Assembly (NCBI RefSeq): GCF_023055435.1
Contig: NW_025963802.1
Span: 5,208,001-5,272,000, forward strand
DNA from: Haliotis rufescens
Lineage: Eukaryota
Length of the DNA: 64,000 nucleotides
Direction: 5' to 3'
Shown here: piece after piece, positions 25,001-36,929 of the stretch
Layout of the letters: each line of letters opens with the position of its first letter
Numbering within the stretch: the stretch's first letter is position 1
Program-made: the position numbers and the translations under genes
The notes under the pieces: model-generated
What the model was told of the DNA's origin: nothing
Databases searched by the model: none
What the model saw: the letters and a program-made list of their open reading frames with translations, nothing else

Positions 25001-27140
25001 TATCCCAAAGGAGAAACTGCATTTATCGATCCATGATGCGTTTGTTAATTATCGTGATGACGATAGACATAGTTACATGTTCAGAATAAATTGTCAATAA
25101 AGAAAACAAATGTCATCTGTAGTTTACCGAGGAAGCAACATGTGAAATGCTCGACTCCCTCATTGATAACATCTATGTGAATTTGGAGGATAAGACATTT
25201 AGATGGACAAGTACATGTAGGTAGACATTTTAGTAGGTATCATCTTGAGCATTCATTGTGATCAGTGGTACAACCTTCAAGGTCTCAGGGAAACCTTCAA
25301 ATGTTTTATGTTAGACATATGGAGGACATTTCCACATTTGACATATCCGTGATAAAAATGATGTCCGATGCATTTCCCTATTTCAACATGTACCATGTGT
25401 CCTGTGTTTTTTTCAGGTGAACAATTGACTTGTGTTTGTGATGGGTGCCACTTGTGGGGCAGGATATTCTAAACTTTTCGTGAACACCTGGTATCATCAC
25501 TATTTGATAATGATTCATGGACACAAGGTTATGACATAATCAGAATTTACAGTGGATTCAGCATTTAGAAGAGATTTCTTGAACCTACGTTTATTTGTTA
25601 TTATCATTATAATTTTTTTTCAGTCTTTTATGTACCACCCCTTCACCTGTCATTGGCACATGTCTTGTTATTCATCCACTTGCCACTCTTTAGAGAGGGT
25701 ACAGTTTACAACCTCTTCACATGTTTTAGTCACATTTGCAATGTGTCCATCGACTTGCCGCTTTTTCGACCTGGTTTATTGGGTGTTTGTTTGTTTGTTG
25801 TTTACCGCCGCACTCAGTAGTATTGCAGCTATATGGCGGCGGTTTGTATGTAATCGAGACTGGACCACACAAACCAGTGATTGACATCATGAGTATCGAT
25901 CTACGCAACTGGGATACGATGACGTGCATTAACCAAGTCAGCGAGTCTGACCACCTGGTCCCGTTAGTCGCCTATTACGACAAGAATGGGTTGCTGAAGA
26001 CCCATAGAAAGAATATAGCTGACTGTGGCGTAAAAAACATGAACTCATTTAACCCTTTAGTAAACTTACATTTTTCATAAACTGTTAACGTGGGCACACA
26101 TATCTTTCACTTCAGTCATTTAATGCTTCAATTATGTGTATAATCGTTGTAACGAAATAACTGAAGGTCTCCACTCGCATAGGTTTCGGTCTTTCATGAG
26201 TCTTTAAAGGAACATGTTGCAGAACATGGAGTTGGCAGCTCTTTGTCTGGTCCTGTTTGGTGTGGCGACGCATGCAATCTTTAATTGGTGCTGTTGCTAT
26301 TTAACTACATGTACTGTGACCCAATCCCTACAGATAATTATATTATATTGTCCTCTATGTCTACCTACTGTCCGATTACAAACTGGCCACTGTCTTTCTC
26401 GCTTGCCCTGCACAAACAATGTAACGAGCTGTCTATTTGTTCCACAGCCTATTTCTAATTTCTAGCCGTTACCTAATACAATTTATACCCCGGGATTTAT
26501 TCCAACATCAGTTACCTTTTTTGATGTCCTACCTGGATTATTACTCGGGGATAATCTCCTCTCAGCCCGGTATAGAAACGCCGTACACCCAAGCCACAGC
26601 TGTTGATCCCCAAGCTTGAGCGCTGGTAACCCACGAGGTGCTAGCATCCTATAATTGCTCCATTTTAGACTGGATGTGTTGTTTCAGAGTTTCAGGGGCT
26701 GTTTGACTCAAAATAAAGTAATTAAGCTGAAGTGTTAGCGGTAGTGTGCAGTAGATTGTATACGTAATCAGGTCATTGATATTGTTACACCAGCACACGT
26801 ATATATACAGTATGGGAGGCAGGAGGGTACATCTTTCTTCACTTGTGTCTGGCAGGGACAGTAACTTGAAAAAACCGAACACTTTTACTCAATTAGAAAG
26901 ATACGACTAAGGGTAAGGGTTCACCTCTTAAAAAGAAGTGTTTATTTTTTTATCTTCGAAGAAATAACGTTTTTAAATTTCCTACAACACACGTGATCCA
27001 TATAAAATTTAGTCACAATGAATGTGTCATTTAATGCATCACAATAATGCATCGTTGCATGGTGACATATATTCTTTGTTATTAACCAATATTTTTGTGA
27101 CGCAATTTGATAATTATTTTCAATTATTTTTCAGCTTAAA

Positions 27141-29421
27141 ATGATCCCACTACCAGTGTTCAGCATGGTCAGACTTTGCCTTGACAGTCCTGATCGGGTG
27201 ACATCAGGTCTTGGTATTCATGAAGATGCTGTAGTTTTGCCACGCAGCCTCACTTTCGCTGATGACGAGGACTCACGTGACAGCGGTTTCGAATCTCACG
27301 GGAGTGACACGGAGGTAAATATGCATGTCCCGACAGTTTTTGTTATTTCCACGGAACAACATAAAATATTTGTTTGTGGTTACTAATATGAATAAAGATA
27401 ACATATCTCCGTTAAAACATCTTTAATAACTGAGCAGATAGAACACGCTCAAATTCCGGTAATATACATATTGATAATTTCACTTTCAGGTGTCTCCAAG
27501 CAACGATTCCTGGTCGTGTAGAACAATCACAGACTTCAGCCCAGTTAGAAAATATTTATTCCCGCCAAAACGGCTACATGATGAGGATGACAGTCCCGTG
27601 GCAAAGAGATCCAGATGTGATGACGTCACGGAACATAAGGGCAAGCAATGTGTTTCTGAATCACCCGAATCCATCAAATCAGCGGTGGACAAAATGGAGA
27701 CGGAAGTCAATCTGATTGGCGATGGCTCAAAGGTATTGACATTTGTACAACAAATACCAATATTCCTCACTAGTGTATACACTATTCACTACTCGTTCTT
27801 GGTAGTTTTAAATTTGGAAGTTCTTACTCTAACGGTAAACGTTATCCGACGTTAATTATTTTCGGTTCATCATGTTGTGAATGCATAATGAAGTCATCAT
27901 TTGTTATCCAGTGTCACAGACTCCCGACCATCACAGGCCGACACAAGGATCTCAAGTCAGTGTCTCCACGCGCAGTCAATCACCTTCTGACAGGCAAATA
28001 CGATGACGTCATTTCCGGGTACCAGATCATCGACTGTCGTTATCCGTATGAATATGAAGGTGGCCATATTGAGGTATTTGTTTATTCGTTTGCTTGAATA
28101 AAATGTTTGAATCTGGATTAAATCAATATGGTAGTTGTAGAGATAAAACATATCCATACTAACGTTCATAAAAAAAATTGAAGACAAATTATTCTCATGA
28201 TCATCGTTCTTACAGGGTGCCATTAATCTCCACAATGAGGCTCAGATCACGGAGTTCGTCACCAGTTTACGGTGGAGGGAGTCCACCAAACGGAACATTC
28301 TCGTCTTCCACTGTGAATTCTCATCAGAGAGAGCACCCAAACTGTAAGTCATCATGCTTGTGTAACTTTCACTGCTCTCTGGTGCACATTTCGGAACATT
28401 TATCTTTTGCTGATATGGTAATCAGTTACTTTCGACATTTCGAGAGAAATCAGATAAGTACTGGGTTGCGTTAACGGTCTACCTTCCAAACCGAACATAG
28501 ACACACAAATATGAAACTATATCTGCATATTTGTTTGTCTGTTTGACGCCGCACTCGGCAATATTCCAGCTATGTGACGGAGGTCTGTAAACAATCGATT
28601 CTGGACCAGACAATCCAGTGATTGATACCATGAGCATCGATCCACGTAATTGGGATACGATGACATGCATCAACCAAGTCAGCGAGCCTGACCACCCGAA
28701 TATGTTAGTCGCCTCTTACACCAAGCATAGTAATGAGTTGCTGAAGACCTATTCTACCCCGAATCTTCACGGGTCTATATCTGCATGACTTACATCGTGC
28801 CGTGCTGTTCTCAACGGTAATACATGTAACATTAACATGAGAGGGTCAAATTCCCCAGCTGACACCAAATATGAATGTTAAAAGAGTCCTGAGTTTATTA
28901 CAAAGTATAATATTCTCCAACTGATACAATTATTCTTTAACTCAGATTACGCCATCTACGGAGCTTAGACCGGAAGCTGAACAGTGACCGCTACCCATTC
29001 CTCTTCTGCCCGGAAGTGTACCTGCTGGATGGTGGGTACAAGGCCTTCTATGAACAACATCAGGTACGTTGCACATTTCACAAAGAGACAGATTTAATTA
29101 TTATTATTTCAGGAAGTAATTACATTCCAATAGGGTCTTGGGAGGTTAGAACACTTCGGAGCACAATATCTGTTGCTCTTTATATGAAACATTTCGGAAA
29201 GCTGTTTTTATTTTAACATTTACAATCAATAAATACTGACAATGTTTTTGTTCTTTCCTCAGCGACAGTGTCAGCCCAACACCTACATTCCCATGCAGCA
29301 CCATGACTACGCCAGTCAACTACGTTATTTCCGGTCCAAGTCGAACAAGGTTGCGAACAAAAGACACTTGCGCAGACGTAATTTAGAAATCGATGTTTCA
29401 CCACTTAAATGTTCATTCTGA
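27141..29421 (+). CDS. CDC25: Cdc25 phosphatase, paralogue 3 (327 aa, 6 coding exons)
   Basis: Exons 27141-27314, 27490-27732, 27912-28073, 28216-28343, 28946-29063, 29263-29421 (984 nt including TGA). Motifs [53 protein letters not shown]; AATAAA at 29541-29546. The start codon is the first in-frame ATG after the acceptor at 27134. Confidence 0.93.
28529..28775 (-). mobile_element. Short retroelement family C (non-tRNA head, (AAAC)n tail)
   Basis: TSD TATATCTGCAT; head GACCCGTGAAG...GTAAGAGGCGACTAA; tail GCTGGAATATTGC.GAGTGCGGCGT.AAAC. Other copies at 8410-8530, 9010-9570, 25785-26003, 49370-49600 and 60245-60498. Confidence 0.85.
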
Positions 29422-32396
29422 TTTTGACATCATTTAAATATCATTGTTGACATTGTTGAAATTTATTCATTGTTAAATAGTTGTATTTTTATGTGTTGAT
29501 TATTTTCTGCATTTTAGTGCTGTATGTTTAAAGACCTTAAAATAAAGTTTTAAATAATTGTACATATGTACGTATATCTTTCTTTATCCCTGACGGTATA
29601 TGCCAACGATGTGTGGGAGCTCTAAAGATAAATATCATACTCTCTTTAGTTCAGGCTATCATCTACTCTATCTGGTTATAACGAGTCGCCTTATTGCGAT
29701 ACCATCTAATAAAAAAATCACGTGATCAAATTGAGCGCTTCCTGTCTGAGCACAGACACATGCTTCTCATTGTTTCGGCAAACTCCGTGTCAACCGAGAC
29801 ATTTTGACATGTTCGTCTCTAATCTATGCGGCACTACCTATATATATACGTGTATCGTGAACCTCAAATGTATAAAAGACAGTCTGCATTTATGTAAGTA
29901 TAATCTAAATCAACAAAGAACATGTTATTCATTTTAATATTTATTATTAATTATATTTGTAAGCGAAATGTGTGCGACAGATAGTCATTGCTACTTAATT
30001 AACCAAACAAGAAATACGAAGACGTTCGTCTCGTTATAAGTGTTAAAGGTTTTACGAATGTACAGTCTGAACCTTTGCGGTTTTACAGTAAATAACAGTA
30101 CCATTGCCCGTCTCTCGGCCATTTTATCAACTTGGTACCGTCTTTGCGCAAATGGGCCATACGCACATTCTGATTAGTTTCTCGCCGAAAAATATCTATA
30201 TTAAGAGACCGAGTATTCTTGCAGTTTACAGAAAGGGACGTGTGGCGACGAATGGCTCTAATATGACCGAACATCCAGATGTAACTTATGTTTCTGAAGA
30301 ATTATTATTCAGCTGCATTAACTGAGAATTAAAAACAACAAAACCAGAGAATAATCAATCATTATATACCGAAACAGATTCCACTCGGCGCTAAAAGGCA
30401 ACACAGTGCTGGAAATTAATGAAGGGATCAATGGAAATTATTGATTATACCTGGTGCAACGTAAAGAAAAAAATGTAATCAATATCTGCGCCGTCTAAAA
30501 GTATAGCCAACTTTGGAGATATATGTTGCGAGACCGTCTCTATGTTTGTGAGACTTGAATATTCTTTGGCTTGGGGTGTTTTCCCGAATTTAAAACAGTT
30601 GAATTTGGGTTAAATATTTAACCTTGTTTCGTTATTGGATATCTACCATCAGGCATACGTGACGTCTCACAGATTAGAGTAGCTTCCATTTGGCAAAGGA
30701 CAATTACTCCAGGAAGCCGACCGACGGGATAACTGAAACTGACAAAATTATGTATCCTTTTTGTCTACACGGCAGATACACTATTGTCTAAACAAGCTTC
30801 AGTTCGAACTATAAGTACCGTTGTAATAATCCGACTGACTTATCACTGACCTTGTCACGTAATTTATTAATGCGCAGATTCCAGTAAAACCTGCAATGTT
30901 TAGGTATCTCTTGTGAGAGACGTTTGCATTTAAGAACGACTTTATATGAAAAAGAGGTTATTATGCATGTGTATGTTGGAATGGTAAATATCCTGTATTT
31001 GGAATAAATACCATCCCAAAACACACACGTATGATAACTTCTATGTGTTTAACATACTTACACAACCAACATTTTCAAGCTTGAGTAATTCCCACCAAAT
31101 AACAATGATTCCGGCGAATGGGTCTAAGATATTTGTCATTATAGAATAGAGAATTGACTTTAAGTTAAAATAACATCTTTTATTTGCAATTTGATCATTA
31201 TTATTCAGGCCAAAAACGAATTTACTTTGTAATTTGAATGCTGCAACTGACTAATGTATTCAAGTGTTAGAATATCATTTTTTAAAATGATTTGTTACCT
31301 TTGCGCTTCTTGTTGAACAGTTTGTCTGAAACACACGCCTACTGCTAATAATCCAATATCATTCATGTTCATCTATGGGATATTTAGCGCCAGGCAGACT
31401 TTCGACCAGCTTGGGTCTAAAAACAGCGATTCTGGTCGACCAGCTTGGCCTGAGGATTAAAATTAACGATAGGCTTAACCAGGGAACATCTATATTTTTT
31501 ACTGGAATTATATATTCACAGGTTCTCTTTTTCAAGAGTACTGTTATTTAAGGTTACACATGACGCACACAAATGAAAAATACGAAGACATACATTCGTT
31601 ATATTGTGATGACATTTACTGATGGGCACAACTGAAATGAAATGTCATAAAAGGTATTCATTGATGGAAATTTAGGTTCACTTAAATGACATTAAGAGAA
31701 TTCGTTGATCGACGTATTAGATATTAATTTAAATGACATTAACGTTATCGTTGACTGACATAATTGTTAATTAAATTGATTGATGGTAACAGCTGCATTT
31801 GCAAATTGCTGCTCAGACAGTTGAACTGTACGAACACCTAAAGAGGCCGATTTCAATGACAGTCAATATCGTTCGCATTTTGGTGTTGAGATGGTCAATC
31901 TTGATAAAAGCATGCTCACGCGCTTGCAGTGTGTCGATGTCAGTCCCTGGGTCGGCATGACGGTGGTAAAGGGGATAAAGGCCAACTGTAACATTGCTTT
32001 GAAAGTTGACAGTCTAGCCCGGCGCCACACACACACACGTGTCGGTGCATGTGATGTCGTTGGGAGATTAACACGAGTAATCTGCCTCCCAACCATAGGA
32101 TGAATTCGCCAGGAGCACAACCGTGTTCACACCAAGCGAGGCAGCTAATTGTCCAGCTCTAATGCGTCAGTGTTGTTCTTGGTTAGTTGTTCACATAGGA
32201 ATAATTTGTGGTTGCAGAAACATGTTCAGTCGATCAACGAGTGTTGTGATTGTTGGGAAAACATGTTGGTTTAAGCAGGTATATATGTAGCCTACGCTTA
32301 AGACCAGCATCACTTCCTCAACTTAAGTCTTGCCATCAAGGGAAACATAAACACCTTTTATCCTTACAGAATCTTCCTCAGCACTCTTTGCTCACC

Positions 32397-34854
32397 ATGA
32401 CCAGAAGGAAACTGACGGTAAGAATGAGAATCAAAGAATACAATAATACATGGACGTTTTTTAAATGTTAATGATCTCAATGACTTCAGCATTCTTTCAT
32501 CAACTCCCTCTCGACAACTAATAATGATTACGAAAGAGGCTTGTTTATCATGCTATTATTGTACTTTTTTCAGTTTGCACCAGCAATTGAAGTTGACGCG
32601 ACGTCACAGACGCAAGTCTCGGACGAGAGCATCACTGACATCATGGTGTCACCGAGCCTCACTTTCGATGATTCACGTGACAGCGGTTTTGAGTCACAAG
32701 AGAGTGACAATGAGGTTTGTTTATTTGTTTATATGTTTTCCGTTACATTGACAGAAATACACTTACTAAACGAGCAACTTATTTTATGCCTGGAAATTCC
32801 CATCTGGAGCCCATGTTTCTTACTGATGTTCATAATCCTGTTTCAGACATCACCAGTTCGCGGGGCACACCTTCCAACAAGTTGCAACCATGGGTTTGGG
32901 AAATGCATCCTTTCAGGAAACACGTCGGACGACGATATATTCAATGAAGTTTCATTCGGGGAAAGTAAATCAGCCAAGGCGGAAGTGACATCAGAGACAA
33001 TGAAAACAGCTGTTGACCGGATGGAGAATTTAGATGATCTGATTGGTGACGGGTCAAAGGTTAGTTGATGGTAACCATGACACCATCTGCTCCATGAAAA
33101 ACGTCTACTAAATTAATTTGAATATAATTCAGAGCTGCATTAAAGGTGCATTTAATAAGGTTGCGGGGTCACGGGTGGCCCAGTCGTCTAAGGCGCCGCA
33201 AATCGCTGTGCAGAGTTGCGTCCCTTGGACACGCCAGAAACTTATGCTTGTGGGTTCGAATCCCGCTTCTCCCCGATTATGTTTCTAGGTTTGTCTGCAC
33301 CATACGCGTGCTCGTGGGTTTCACCGAAGTGGTAAACGTCTGAGACCTGCATCACTTCAGGCTTTCCTCCCACAATAAACTTACACGCCGCGATATAACT
33401 GGAATACTGCTAAAAGCAGCGTTAAACCCAAATCACTCACTAATAAAGTTGCTGTGTATTGTGTTTCAGATATGCAACCTTCCGACCATAACAGGCAGAC
33501 ACAAGGATCTTAAGTCAGTGTCTCCACTCACAGTCAGTCAACTTCTGGAGGGAAAGTTCGATGACGTCATCTCCGGGTACCAGATCATTGACTGTCGGTA
33601 CCCGTATGAATATGAAGGCGGACATATTGAGGTACGAGTGTATACTGAAAGCTACTGTCATTTATTTTTCACAAGAAAGAAATTTGACTTAAACGCTTGT
33701 CATGGGAGACAATCTGATGCATTTACTCGAATAACCCTGTTCACCATATTTGTTCTCCAGGGATCAGTGAACCTTCACAACGAGGCCCTGATCACGGATT
33801 TAGTCACCAGTCTTCGTGGGGGAGAGTGCTTCCAACAGAATATCCTCGTCTTCCATTGTGAATTCTCATCAGAGAGAGGGCCAAAACTGTAAGCATGATT
33901 CTGTATCACTTGAACTATTATTGCTTCATGTCATACAATACAGTCAGCCCCGTCTGTAAGGACCAACCTCCCTGGCGTAGTGAAGACACCTGAAGGTCGG
34001 TTAAAGATGGCACTTGTTGTTACCCTGCCAGACCGGTTTGGAGTCTGTATCCATGTTAACTGTCGGTATCCATGTTAACTGCGGCATGGTATCTCAGTGA
34101 GCTGGTGCAATAGGTCCCGACTCACACACGTGCGAGAACGTCGCTATTAAGTAACCATGAATGCGACGTTAAAACTCCTTTTCACGTCACCTCGTTGGTG
34201 AGGAAGTCGGGTATGAAACAGGGGTAAAACAAATGACCCATTTATGAAAATAGGATTATATGAATTTCCTTTTGTTGTTTGTTATAGGGTCTGTTTTATT
34301 TTAGATTACGTCATCTGAGAAACTTAGACCGGATGCTGAACAGTGACCGCTACCCGTTCCTCTTCTACCCGGAAGTGTATCTGCTGGATGGCGGATACAA
34401 GGCCTTCTATGAACAACATCAGGTAACATGGTTCATTTGATTATATGTGTAAAACAACAGAAGCATTTTAGGAGCTTTTTTTTGGTGGCATCAGGTGCAG
34501 ATATCATTATAATAACCTACAATGCAAGGATGTTCTTCGGCAATCAGATTTACCACAAACAGAAAGGGGCAGTTATTGAGAGACGTGATGACTCTGTACG
34601 TACGTAAGATCGGTTCAACAACAAACAACAATGAACCGCCAACTGTTGATGCGTGGTAAAGTTCACTCACTCAAATATATTTGCAGGTTCAATGTCAACC
34701 AAGAAACTACCTTCCCATGCTGCACCAGGACTACGCGAAAGAACTAAGTCACTTCCGGGTAAAAACAAAATCATTGAAAGCTGGGAAGAAACAGAGCATG
34801 CACAGTCGACGTCATCATATGAATCTGTCCCCGATTAAGTTTTCCTCGTTATAG
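32397..34854 (+). CDS. CDC25: Cdc25 phosphatase, paralogue 4 (316 aa, 7 coding exons)
   Basis: Exons 32397-32417, 32574-32714, 32847-33059, 33470-33631, 33761-33888, 34305-34422, 34687-34854 (951 nt including TAG). Motifs [61 protein letters not shown]. Confidence 0.95.
33165..33440 (+). mobile_element. SINE family B (tRNA-Leu-like head with long A-B box spacing)
   Basis: A box TGGCCCAGTCGTCTAAGG, B box GGTTCGAATCCC, TSD TAATAA(G/A)GTTGC, tail CTGGAATACTGCTAAAAGCAGCGTTAAACCC(ACTC)n. Confidence 0.85.
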
Positions 34855-34947
34855 ACAGCTGAACATTTCCCAGTGACAGATTGCAGAACGTGTACCCCAG
34901 CATCTGTATGTGAGACTTGGCCATCAGGAGAACGTTATTGTTGATAC

Positions 34948-35076
34948 NNNNNNNNNNNNNNNNNNNNNNNNNNNNNNNNNNNNNNNNNNNNNNNNNNNNN
35001 NNNNNNNNNNNNNNNNNNNNNNNNNNNNNNNNNNNNNNNNNNNNNNNNNNNNNNNNNNNNNNNNNNNNNNNNNNNN
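34948..35076. other. Assembly gap (129 N) in the 3' region of cdc25 copy 4
   Basis: Run of N. Confidence 1.
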
Positions 35077-36305
35077 GTCATTCCCTTGTTATTGTATTGA
35101 GGATTCTTCTTTGATCATGCCGCCTGTTAGTTGAGGCAGAGTCTGTGATATTGTTACGACCTGAATTGTTGAGGTCTAAATCAGATGATGTGCGAAAATG
35201 TTGATGCTTGACATGCTTGTAATGCTTTTAATTGATAAATATTCACATGCATACACCTATATTTGCTTGTGTTATTTGTCGCACCCGCCAAGACACGAAT
35301 CTCAGATGGTCTCTGTCGGTCCTGGGCTAGCCTAGTTGTTCGCACGTAACGCCGAAGATTGAGTGAGTTTGATTTTGTCGCTTTTGGTAATAATCAAGCC
35401 ACCATGGAGGCACACATCAAGATTCAGCTTCGCGCGCGCTTGCGTGTGTGTGTGTTTATGTGAGGGGAAGGGGGTGAGGTGGGGTGTGTGTGTGTTGTCG
35501 TGCGTATATGGAATTTCAATGGTGACATTCTGGTCAGTAGATTAGTGAGATCGATTTTGAATATAATTACTTATACAGTTCGGAAACTAATGCATCTTTT
35601 CAGTATTTGATTAACGGGACTAAATAATCCGTTGTATACCATTTACAAATGTCTGATTATGTAATCAGAACTATTAATGCAATGACATTTACACGGTGAG
35701 ATTCGACATTTGATGTGAAGTTTGCGTCATTTATTATCTATGACATTTCAAGTAAGGGCTTGCTTGAGTCCCGTGTGAACACAAATCTCATCTATGACCA
35801 CAATGATTGTAGAGTTTGTAATCTTTAAACAGAGCGGCCTCCAGTGGGGATTGGGATAAACCCTGGTGTGTAATCACGTATATACCTTTCACATCATGAT
35901 GAAGCAATGCCAAACAAAGCAGATAACCGTTCCTAAGCGCACTTATTAAACGAAGAGCAAAACCCCAGTACTATAGAGGCCTCCATGTATACATGGACAA
36001 AAATAACCGTGTCAATATGGTTGCGTAAACGTAAATTATTAGTATTTAATGTTTTTAAATACCTTAACTACATATCTGAAAAAGCCTTCATGTTTATCAA
36101 ACACAAACAATTTCCATGTTCAGGGGTACGTATCCTTCGGCAAGTGGATTAAAATATGCGCCTTCAGCATTTACCTCAATTCCAAGCATTGCATCCATGT
36201 AACATTTAAAGGTGCTATGAGGTATCGCAGAAAACGTAGTATACGAACGCGACACACGCTCGCCATTGCTGACAGTTAACAAGGAATCGTAAAATGAGAA
36301 GCAAC

Positions 36306-36349
36306 CACGCACGCACGCACGCACGCAAGCACGCACGCACGCAAGCACG

Positions 36350-36398
<49 letters not shown>
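36306..36398. repeat. (GCAC)n-(CA)n compound microsatellite
   Basis: Visible. Confidence 0.95.
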
Positions 36399-36401
<3 letters not shown>

Positions 36402-36929
36402 TAGATGTACCTGTCACGTAGGCTGAAAGAATCCACACGTGGCGTTAACTAGTGATTGCATATTCTACATTTCATATTTACAGATGCAGTGGTCGTTCAG
36501 ATAGCCTCTCCTTGAAAAACTGAGCCTGGGCCGATTTGATATTAGTTAGTTATTGAATATTAAGAGAATGCACACTATGTATTAAGTAGTTTGTGACAAG
36601 CCCTGAAGAATTACTCAAGGACAAACGTTATTGTTGCATGTATTTTGTTTGAATTGAAATATTTGAAACATGATGAGATGATGATAATGTGTATAAAACG
36701 ACATGAATGAATCCAATCACAACAGAATGTGTCATTGTTACACATAAATCCAGGCAATACCTGAATTCTCTCCTTAGGTTACAGGCGAAGACCACATGAA
36801 GACTCTAGAGTTGATGGTAAATCGGGTTCTGACACGAAATCGGCCTTTGTGAACACACTGAAAATCGTTGATGTCACTTGTTGATGTTTTGGGGGATGAA
36901 ACTATTTACTACTATGTTATGAAATAGTG

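Noticed and set aside
32541-33068. 175-aa ORF (also 33449-33892) as a single exon
   Set aside because: Read-through of short stop-free introns. Strong GT-AG sites and paralogue exon boundaries support splicing; intron retention is unproven.
6269-34854. The four cdc25 copies as an assembly artefact or pseudogenes
   Set aside because: Introns and N-termini are highly divergent (not haplotypes), while frames, splice sites and catalytic residues are all intact.
34948-35076. Gap hiding another paralogue
   Set aside because: It is sized at 129 N and the flanks look like one continuous 3' region. This cannot be excluded, but there is no positive evidence.
36778-36816. AG/GT-bounded mini-exon VTGEDHMKTLELM as part of a fifth cdc25
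   Set aside because: No similarity to any cdc25 exon and no partner exons.
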